A stretch of DNA of 64,000 nt from Amoebophrya sp. A120 (taxonomy: Eukaryota > Protista > Dinoflagellata), in assembly GCA_905178155.1 (NCBI GenBank), contig CAJINV010000002.1, forward strand, positions 6,118,476 through 6,182,475, written 5' to 3'. The notes beneath the pieces are model-generated. The model did not search any database. It was not told the origin of the DNA and worked only from the letters and a program-made list of their open reading frames with translations. Shown here piece by piece: positions 51,701-61,472 of the stretch. Numbering within the stretch: position 1 is the first letter of the stretch; the number at the start of each line of letters is the position of its first letter. The position numbers were made by a program, and so were the translations under genes.

Positions 51701-53308
51701 TATAGATACCTCAAGCTTTCCTGCCTCCCGGCGAAATCCAGCGCCTTTTGCCCGTGCGTCATCGCCAGGAGAAAGTACGACACCGTGTTCGTGCTGTCGT
51801 AAAGCAGATTTTTCCCCGTCAGTTTTTTGTGCTCCACCGCTTTCTCCAGCAAAAACGGGGCGAGTTCAAACCCGTAGTCGTAGTTCAGGAAGCCGTAGTG
51901 CATCGGGTTGCGGTCGAACTGCACGCCCCGGTGCGTCGCCAAGAACTTCGTGTCGTAACTATTATGGAAGCGCCAGGTTTGAAATCGCCAAAGTTGAAAT
52001 AGTTTGTGATGCATAAAATGCACTTGCAGAAGTGCCTGTCTTGCCGGCATGGCAAGTGAGGCAGATTGTGAGCCTATTTGGGGTTTGGGATACAGCTGCT
52101 AAAGGGGCATGACAAAAGCAGTCTTCTGTGCCCAAACAGCATGACAAATTGGATTCCGGTGCTCCGAAAATTTGTCATGCGCCGCTTAGAAATTGGTCTT
52201 CCAACTGGTATCCATTTTATGCATGACAAATTATTTCAACTTTGTCGATCTCAAACCGGACGCTTCCATAACTATCGAATCGAGCATCAAATTTCTCCAC
52301 GCACAGCCTCACCATCGGTAAATTTCCATAGTGGCAGATGTAGAAGAAAAGCCCCTGACCCCGGTGGTCCGGCTGGTTTAGGTCGATCTCGTAGTTTTCC
52401 AACACGAATTCCAGTAACTCCGTGGCATACTCGCTATTCACGAAAACCCTGCGCTTCAAGTCCTTTTTCGTGTTCCTCGTAAGCCACCACCGGAGCTCCG
52501 ATTCGGGCTTGCTCATCTCGCACAACTTTTTCAAACACGCTTTCTGCTCTTCCAGAAGCGACTTATTTGAATTACTTAATGTTCCGACGATGGAATTTGA
52601 TCTCGACCTTTTCCGTTTGTTGTTCGCCACGGTCACTGTCGTTCCTGTTGGTGCAGCTTGTTTCTTCATGGTCTTTATTGGCAAGTTTGTGTTCTCTAAG
52701 TCCTCTAGCAAACTGAAGTTGTAACTGTCCTCGTTGTGGCTTAGTAGCTTCTCGAAACTCCTGCGCTCCACCTCTTGCTCACAACCGCCGCGGTTCATGG
52801 CGCTGCTGGAAGATGATGAACTAGCTCCTTGCAGCTGCTGCGCGATGCTAGTAGAGAGGTTCTTGTTATAATCCTGAAGATGTTGAGGCATCATCAAACC
52901 AGACGCGGAAGCTGCTTCTGTCTGCTGATTTGCAGCACTTTTGGACGTCCTCGAAACAGTGCCTGATACTAGCCAGGACTTCGACGCTGTGTGGTTCAAG
53001 TTCACGGTCTCCTTGCTGTGTGTCGTGGAGGATATTAAAGCTCCCCCAGTCGTGCTGCCCGCCGTGGGGATAATATCATTATCCTCCTCCTCTTCTTCAT
53101 CGTTGTTGCTGTTCATGAGGCTGACAAGGTCGCTGTCCTTGTCCTTCCCAAGGATCCCATCGTTTCTTGCTTGTTCACCGGAGTTGTGGTCTAGGACCTT
53201 CATAGCCTTGTTGTCCTTCTTCTTCCCAGCTTTTGTATCTTTTCCGACTTTCCGCGAGGGTGCGGAGCCCGCTTTTTTGCCACGAGAGGCCGAAAACTTG
53301 TTCTCCAT
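39712..53308 (-). CDS. Giant (~3536 aa) protein with dispersed ankyrin-like repeats and long acidic disordered C terminus; 11 introner introns plus GT-AG intron 51455-51625
   Basis: All junctions in frame (net 10611 nt); ankyrin-like segments DLNQPDHRGQGLFFYICHYGNLPMVRLCVE, INYRAPDGATPVFSAL, DHQTGRSCFFHAVEKDAVEVMQYL, YTPILHAIEENNDAAVQWLLQHGA; last exon uncertain. Confidence 0.75.
41996..42050 (-). repeat. 15-bp coding tandem repeat (EQEPS x~4)
   Basis: GG(T/C)TCCTG(T/C)TCAGAA units. Confidence 0.8.
45052..45261. mobile_element. Introner family E
   Basis: TATCCCACGAAAAAACTGTTTCACTGTGA...TCACAGTGAAACAGTTTTTTCTTGCGATA; perfect CCCAC repeat. Confidence 0.9.
46702..46859. mobile_element. Introner family B
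   Basis: TIRs; perfect CCTTC repeat. Confidence 0.92.
46931..47193. mobile_element. Introner family A
   Basis: TIRs; perfect CGATG repeat. Confidence 0.92.
47374..47625. mobile_element. Introner family A
   Basis: TIRs; perfect CTTCT repeat; inverted homolog of 49721-49990. Confidence 0.92.
47672..47880. mobile_element. Introner family E
   Basis: TATGCAAGAAAAAAACTGTGTAAGTGTAA...TTACACTTACACACTTTTTTTCCTGGATA; perfect AGTGC repeat. Confidence 0.9.
48082..48402. mobile_element. Introner family C
   Basis: GGAAAAATCCCCCCTCCCCATA TIR; perfect GTTCG repeat. Confidence 0.9.
48516..48777. mobile_element. Introner family A
   Basis: TIRs; flanks CGCGA/GGCGA. Confidence 0.9.
48851..49104. mobile_element. 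Introner family A
   Basis: TIRs; perfect ACACG repeat. Confidence 0.92.
49392..49644. mobile_element. Introner family A
   Basis: TIRs; perfect TCACG repeat. Confidence 0.92.
49721..49990. mobile_element. Introner family A
   Basis: TIRs (left end TGTCAAAGG); perfect GGTGG repeat. Confidence 0.9.
51963..52270. mobile_element. Introner family D
   Basis: TIRs; perfect ACTAT repeat; junction RFDS|YDTK. Confidence 0.92.
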
Positions 53309-54778
53309 GGTTTCTATTTTTTTGGCTGGGTATAATTTCAGCGGGAGGTGAAAGAGAAACGATTAAACGTCGTCTCTTGCTCTTCCGAGATTCAAAATCT
53401 AACGCGACTTCGATAACTAAAATTTCGCATCTTTATGATGTTCTAGCAGTCACAGTGTTTTACTTGCTTAGAAGTACGAGAATTTGTGAAATTCCTAGAG
53501 TCATTGCTGAGTTTTTTCTATAGCACACAAGAAATAGAAAATGAAAATCTAAATCGAACCAGCGTCTTGAAGAAAATAAAAACATTGCTGTTCATTTCTA
53601 ATTTGGTCCTCGTTTTAGTACTGCTTCATATTCCGAAAATCTATTGTCGCTGCGAAGTACAAATGGCACACTTTCAGGCATGTGGAGAAAATACTATTAG
53701 TATTTATTAGCGCCAGCAAGTATGAAACACTAACACATACGACCGCGATGCTTGCTATCAGTATCTTATAAAAAACCAGCAGTACCGGAAGCACATACGA
53801 ATTCTAGGTCCTTTTTGGAGCTATCTTGTGTAGCTATCACATATAAGAGTATCAAGTCTAAAGGAGTACGAAGATCGGAGAGGTGCTCGATGCGCAGCCG
53901 CCGCCACAAACTAGACAAACTCTGAAGAGCTTGAAGAAATAAGGTCTGCAGAGGGCATATAAACATCAACTCAGAAATAGGTGTCGAGCAGGAGCTGGAG
54001 CTCTTGCAGCCCCTCATGATGCTGAGCATATCACATTGACATCAAGTGAGGCCGAGCAGGTTCGTCAGGCTGCACACTTCACATGGAAAATTTGCAACGA
54101 CGATTGTGCACCAGGATGCTATGATAGATAGCCATCCTGTGCATCCGCATCGACGGGGAGATCACAAATCTTGATGCTGACGCAGTCAACAGGTGTAGGA
54201 GCTCAAAAACAGAGAGGATCTTCGTAGTCACGTCCTCGTATGAAGACTCTAAGAACAAGAGTTGGTCGCACATAATGCTGCCCGCGCAATCAAATTGAAT
54301 GCTGCTGCGGACTTTGCCTTTATATGGTGGTGTTGGTGACTGATAGATGGGTAAAACCTCTTACTTCTCCTGGAAATAATTCAGTACAAAGTTGTTCGGC
54401 TATCTTCATCCTTGGAAGTTCAATCAAGGGGAAAATACGGGTAGAAAGAGTTGGGTTAGCGATCTTCTAATGAAGCCAATGCGGCTACAACAGCTGTTTT
54501 TCAACAAGATCTTCTTGCGTTTGCGTATCTTTTTCTGCATGTGCTGTTGAAGATCAATGGTAAAACTATTGGGCAGAGCATGTTTTGGGAAGTTGCAAAT
54601 TTCGTACGTACAAAAACCAAGGTGTGAAAGTGACATATTGCAATTCGTGTTCGGTACATACAAAAAATGCACCCATGAATGCCAATGGCAATGCCAATGG
54701 CAATGACAATGTAGAGGTCATTTTACAAAAAATCGCATCGATTTTCTTCAGACTGAAGGTTTGCAGTAGTACCTAATT

Positions 54779-57700
54779 TTACATTTTCCGTAGCTTTCCA
54801 TCCACGGGAAAGCTTTTCAATTTCGGGATTGCAGGTTTTTGACTGGTGCTCTTTCCCTTCCCGGCTCCGTCGCTGTTGCTCCTGTGTGATTGATTTTCGG
54901 ACCCGGAAAACCAATCGAAAGGGCCTGAGAGAATGCTGTTGAAAAAGGACTTGTCTCCTTGCTGCTCCGCGCCACTTCCCTGCGGCTGGTTTTGGCTTCT
55001 GCTGTTGTTGTGGTTCCGGTTATCTTTTATTGTTCCGGTCGTTCCTGCTGCTGCTCGCGTCGGTCGGGGGTGCGCGCCGGCCGCGGAGGACGGAAGGGTG
55101 AGCTTGAGCTTTGGCTGCACCGGTTTTGCTGCTCCGCCCGTAGAAGTACCTTGCGGCCTTCCGGATCCGAAATTTGAGCTTTGCTCGCTTTCGTCGGACT
55201 TACTGCCCTTTTTCCACCACGGTGCGTCTAGGTTTTGCTTATTTTCGAGCAGAAATTTCTTCAGCGCCGGGTGCTGAATCCTCGAGTATTCACTTTTCTC
55301 ACCTTTCTCCTCCGCTTCCTCAACGTTCTTGGAACTCCGCTCCGACGCTATTTGCTCCTTGTTTCCCCACGCGGAGTAGTCTATCTCGATTTCGTCGAAG
55401 TTGCTATTGTAGGTGGAGTTTTTCTCGAGCTGCGTCTGCGCCAAAACGTCTCTGGACCCGAGAAGCTTCGTTTGATAATCGACGAAGGAATTCGTGCCAG
55501 TGCCGCTAATTTGGTTATCGTTATGGTCATAATTTTGCTCATCTTCTTGCTTATTGAAGTCAAACGACTGCGAGAGATCCTCGTCGTCTTTTCCGATACC
55601 CCACACCACCGACCCATTCCGGCTGGAATCTTGTTTATCGAGGCCGAAACGGTCTTCCCGTGTGACAATCTCATTGTCGGAAAAAGTCTTTGACTCGTCC
55701 GGTGTGGATTCCATAGCCCACTTCATGATCTGCGCGTCTATCTGCTTCCCGGTTTTTGTCGCATTATTTGCCCTGCTGCTCTTGTTCGCGGACGCGGATG
55801 TTTTTGACTTTTTTTCCAAAAGTTTCCTTTTCACCGGTGCCAGAATGCTGTCGAGCTTAATCCTGCCGGGAAAATTATTTTGGCTATCGCGGTTTATTGT
55901 ATCTTTGAAGCTCGAAGCGGAGCTACTCGATGAAGATGATGCAGCTTCTACACTCTCTGAAACCGAAGCTGAGTTGTCCGCTTTTTCCATCGGGCTCTGG
56001 GGAGATTTTTGTAGTCGCGGAGTTGTGTCGTTTTTCATTTTCTTTTGCTGGACTACACTTGTTCCCGCTATTGCACCAGTCGTCTTCGGGTGTTCCGGCG
56101 ACAACCCGAATTCGGATAGAGAACCAAGATAATCATCACGATCCTCGTCTTGGTCTCCCTTTTGCAGAACATAATCTTCCTCCTGAAACGGGTGCAACAT
56201 CGCGCCGTCTAAAGCCAACACGTTATCAGCGCCAGACGAAAACCCACTCGGCGGCTCGGCGTAGTACTGAAACCGCAGAGCTTTCTCGCCATGTTCCTTA
56301 AACACCTCGTTCTGCGTCTGCCGCATGAAATCTATCGCGATCTGGATCTCGCCGTGCTTGCTCGGCAGCGAGTCCGCCCACTCCATCGCAGTTTTCTGGA
56401 ATCGTTTCCTCTTCCAAACATCCACGGCACTTTTTGCGGCAGGTTTGTCCGGCTTCTGCAGCCCTGTTTCTGTCTTGATCTGCTCGAGAATTTCCTCGAC
56501 TTTGTTCTTCCGCAGCTGCTGCTGGCCGAGACTGCATCGGTACACGTAATCGACAAGTTGGGACTCGGTGTCATCCTCGTTGTTACTGGAACTCGTCTTT
56601 CCGCCAATCACACCGTCCTGATCGGATTCGTGATGCATTTCCTGTTCGGGGGTTCCCGCTTCCTCTTCTTTCGGAATGATACTATCATGTTTCTCTTCCT
56701 CCGCCCCCGAGTGCTCGATGAAGTGGTCCGGATCCTGGTCCTGGCCTAACTCGTTGTCCGAGTGGACGATGTGCTCGTCGCTGTCTTTGTCGTGCAACAA
56801 ATCGGGGACGTCATCGTCCGCGCTGTCGTGATGGAAGTCTGAGTGCTCCTCCGGTAGATGGTCAGACCCCGGCTTGTTGTCCTGTTCACTATCCTGATCC
56901 TCTTTGTGTGAGACAACAACCGGGTTGCCATTCTCATCCACTTCGTGTTGTTCATGTTCTTCATGCTGGTAATAGTCCTCGTAATTCTTGTAGTGGTGCT
57001 CGTGAAGCCACTCGACGGAATAGAACTGGTTGTTCGCGTCGTAGTAGTTCCCTTGGACATCATACCTACCCCCATGGGCGTCGTGGTAAAACCCGGTGTC
57101 ATCGTAATAGCCGCCGTGCTCGTCTAATTCGTGGTGTTCGTGCTCTTCAGCTGTTGTATTTTTCTTCGTCTTCTCGTTCTCGTCCGAGGAAACTCCACCA
57201 ACGCCCGCGGAAAGGACATCATCATCCGCATTCATAACCGAGCTGTGCTGCTGTTCCAACGCTGGGATTTTTGGCTTGCTGTCCTTCCTCGTCTCGGTAT
57301 CGTCCGAACCAGTTGGGGAAGTTTGGTCAGCTGCTATAGTTGCTTTTTTCCTAGATGCATTAGTAGCTTGCTTCGCCGTGCCAGCTTGCTGCACTTCCTC
57401 CACTTCCATTCCAGCGTGGAATGTGAATTTCTCGTCGCCCTCAGCTTGTTGTCCCCCCATCTTCTTGACACTTGTCGATTTCTTTTTTTCTTCCGCCGCG
57501 GCCGCCGCTGCAGCAGCGGCTTTCTGATCCTCGATAACGCTGCTACTCCGCCCTAAATACTCGGTTGGGACTGCTCTAGACTCCGGGTCGTTCTGAAAAA
57601 CGGCAGAATTATTCCCGATCTCCGAATCGAGAACAGACCCGAGAAAGTCGGATAACCGGAGAGAAATCCGGTCTGGATCTTGACTAATCACCGAAGTCCT

Positions 57701-60546
57701 TGCTTCGTTCGACATCAAGCTAGACAGCTTCTCCATGATTTTCGCCGCCTCTAGTTTCGCGGTGTTTTCGTCCTTTCCGTGCGCCGCCGCAATTTTCTCC
57801 AAAATTTCCTCCAACGTCGCTTGTTCGCAGAACTCCTGCAAAATTTTCTGCTTTTCCCCTTCGGCAGCTGAAACTGGCTTCGTTTCGTCACTCTTTGTCT
57901 TTCCCGTTGCAGCCGCAAGAGCCGACGTCGCCCGCTTCACCTGCTCCTCCTTTTCCTCAACCTCCACTTCGAGTTTCTTCTTCGCCTTGGAAAGCTTATC
58001 CAAATCAAGGCTCAAATCCTTGTTCTCGGTTTTCAGATTCTCCATTTCCCGTTTTAGCTTTCGCTTCTCCTTCTCTGTTTCCTCGGAGGCTGAGTCTTTC
58101 TCCTTCAGCTGGGTTTTCAACACCTCGATCTTTTTCTCAAAATCCTGCTCGTAATCTTGTTTCGACTCCTTCGCGGATTCCAGTTTTTTCTTCGCGACAA
58201 CTGCGGAATTCAACTGATTCTCCAACTCCGAATTTTTCTGGCCCAACTGCTTAATCTTTTGGTACAATTCCGTATCGGATTTCTGTTGCAGTTTCCCGTG
58301 CTCCTCCAGCACGTTGATTTCGTCGCCGTACTCCTTCTCTAGCCGTTGGTACTCCACCCAAAGCTTTTCCGTGATTTTCTCCAGCTTCTTGTTTTTCACC
58401 GTCGCCTCCTCCGTTTCCTTCTGCAGCCGCTCCCGGTCTTTCATCGCTCGGTCGATTATAGCGTCATACTCGTTTTTCATCTTCGCCACCTCTTTTTCCG
58501 CCTCCTTTTCGAAGTTGTCGCATACTTTCTTCAAAACCTCCTTGAAATCCTGCTGCAGCTTCTGGATTTCTTCGTCTTTGTCGTTGAGAAGTTTCTTGTA
58601 ATCCGACGCGTTGTTGATCAGCTTTTCCTCCAAACGGGTGACTTCTGTGTTCAAATAGTCCGCCAAATCTTTTTTCTGGGACAGCTCCTCCTCCACCTCT
58701 TTCGTGATCTGTTTCTGCTCGTCGACTTTCCGTGCGTCGTATTTTCTTTGTATTTCATAGCTCTGCATCTTCTCGCGGAGCTGGTGGATTAAGGAGGCGG
58801 GTTTGTTTTGATTTTGTTGAGCGGTGGTTGTGTCTGTCTTGCTGTTCAAGTTTCCTGCTATAATACCGGAAGTTGTTGCTGATGCTGTTCCTCTCGTCCC
58901 TGTTTTCGCGACAATATATGTTGTCGGCATAGTATCTGGTATCAACTCCTTCCGCCAATAGGCAGCGTTATCCCCCGGGAAAAACGGCGGAGGCTGGAGT
59001 TGCGCTTTCGCGGCTTCGCTCAGTGATGCAGTCTGCTGCTGCTGCTGCTGCTGCACAAGCATCGGGGCTGGTAAAGTCGACGCTGCGGCGACGGAGGCGG
59101 AGTTTTGCATTTGTCCTCTTGTGCTCTTGGCCGCGCCTGCTGCGCCTGACGCAAGGTTCAAGTCGCGGCCCTGCTGGGAAGAGTTGTTGGAATTCTGGTT
59201 TAAGTCGGAGGTGCTCGGCAGGACATTCTGCTGCGCAGGAGTAGGAGCCGGGATGTCTATTCCGGTGGACTTCCGGACCAACAAGCCAGAATTGCGCTTG
59301 TTCACGGGTGCTGCGGAAGCAAGGGGCGGGACGACGGGCTGTTTTGAGATTGACGATTGTTTGTTCGTTGTCCGCAATGAAGAGAAAACTCGAAGACAAA
59401 ACGAACATAGAAAAAATGAAATTATATATTGCTCCCGCGGGAACAGAAACCTGCGCGCAAGTAGATGCACACACTAAACAAGACGAAAAAACTAAACTTC
59501 TAGCATCATACCATATCCCCATCCTTGTCCTGCTGCGCTTTGATTTCCGCCGCGAATTTCGCTGCAAGCTCGACATCCGCCGTACTCGGGCCTCTGTGCT
59601 GCTCGTACGCAGCTCCGTTCGCAATATTCCCCGCGAATTTCTGCGCCAGAGCGATGTCCTCAGCCGTCGGGCCCCGGTCGGTGCTGGAAGTGGTGTTCCT
59701 GTCGTTTTTCGTCGAAAGGTTCCCTGCTCGTCCCTCGCCACTGCTCCCAGACGCAATAGGCCTACCAACAACGCTCTGCTTCGCTTGGAGCACCTCCGCT
59801 TCAGGGAGCACCTGGTAGAGCTGTTTGTTGATGTCTTCCGCAAACTTTTCCGCTAAAGCAATGTCCTCTGCAGAGGGGCCGCGGGAGTCTCGCGTCTCTA
59901 CATCTCGTTGGGTAGCAGAGGAGGACCCGAGAAGCTGCGCTTGAAGGGTGGACACCGCCATTTTATTCGGGTCGTTAACTTTCTGTGTGCTGGTCTGATC
60001 CGCTGCCACTGCCACTGCTGCGCCAGCGGATGTACCTAATCCTTGTGCTGTATCATCAGAGATTTTTGCGGCTCCTGCTCCTGTACTCCCCGCTAGCCCA
60101 CTACTACCACTACCGCTCACTCCGCCATAGGCAGCGGTGCCCGCGACACCACTTACTCCTATTTTCTCGTCGATGGCGTTGGACACATACTGCTGATACT
60201 GGTTCGTCGCGGCGTTCTCCTGCCACTGGTCGGAGGAAGAAACCCGCTCCTGCCATTGTTCCGACGAATAGGACTGGGGCTGCTCCTGCGAATTTGTGTT
60301 GGTGTAGCTGTTGTAGCTGTCCTCGTCTTGCTGCGCAGCGTGCGTACCGTTGTAGTAGTTGTCGTGGTAACCTTGATGTCCATAAGCAGGCGACTCTGTC
60401 GTGTAGGCGTATGCTGGTTCTGGTCGGTCCGTGTAGGTTTCCTCTTGATGCTGACTACTACCAGCGGCAACACCCTGCTCCTCCGGGGGGTAGAAGTAGC
60501 CTTGGTCTGAGTAGGGGTCGCTGTAGCCAGTGTAGTTGTAGGCCAT
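54779..60546 (-). CDS. Large coiled-coil/acidic protein (~1870 aa); probably two exons with an intron near 59375-59511
   Basis: ORF 59506-60546 (MAYNY...) ends at a GT donor (DM|gtatga); ORF 54779-59470 has an ~280-aa heptad region; acceptor not resolved. Confidence 0.65.
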
Positions 60547-61472
60547 GACGGAAAACGTGGACCTTGTCTCAGCGTGAGAGAAGAGGTGGCGGTAAAACAG
60601 ACGCAAAAGGGAAAGGGTTGATGTGTTACTTTAAACAAAAACACCAGCCTAACAGTAGTCAAATCGGCTTGTAGAATGAAAAAATGTAAATAAAGTCCTC
60701 GGGACAATTCAATACAGAAATTCAGCGGGTAAGCTGTTCAGGTTGACGACCCAGCACCTGTACAAAACGGAAGCTGATTTATACATGCAAAATCAATTTG
60801 AGTCCACGAACTTGAAGCAACTTGACGATCACACTTCGTCTGACAACATGATCAGATAGCCTCGACTGGCCGACAACGCCACAAGCCCTGATGTACGACG
60901 CTGGTAACGATGAAGTAAAGAACGATTCCTTTCCGACACTGCGGGAACGACCCTGAAGATGACAAGTACGAATACGTCAGCTGTAGTAAATTATTTCAGA
61001 TCAGCAGATTCAGATAGGTCAACGGACGATGATAACGATTGTCGCGAAGATCATGTCTGTGCACGACTCACCACGGATGAGCATACTTGTGCTTGAACGA
61101 TGAAAGCTGAGAAGCAACGTTGTCCCCAACGGATAGCGAAGACCTCTGCCACACAGAAAACAAAAAGGGTCCGCCTTTGTCACGATAGTGAGCAAGAAGA
61201 GGACCCGGTCGGGAACGAACATTTTTCTTGACCGAAATAAAATTGGTTTGCTGTTGCAGAGCATCGGCGATTGAATGTGGTGAACAGCAGTGGTGCACGA
61301 GCGCAAATCAATACCAAGGCAGAACCTGCTTGCACGAACGGCATTCGGGTCAATATCCCACATCTTCCGAAGGCAATTCCAGGCTCAGAGCTGAGCTGCG
61401 AAATAGACATAAACGCGAATGGGTTTTAGCCGCACTTCAAGGCATCAGGTTTTCAATAGGTCTATAGTCTTT

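Noticed and set aside
53760-54560. Protein-like plus-strand fragments (IAILCIRIDGEITNLDAD...)
   Set aside because: Multiple stops in all frames and no recognisable motif; cannot be supported as a gene or transposase
54678-54711. AATGCCAATGGC tandem repeat
   Set aside because: Short simple repeat in a probable 3' UTR with no further structure
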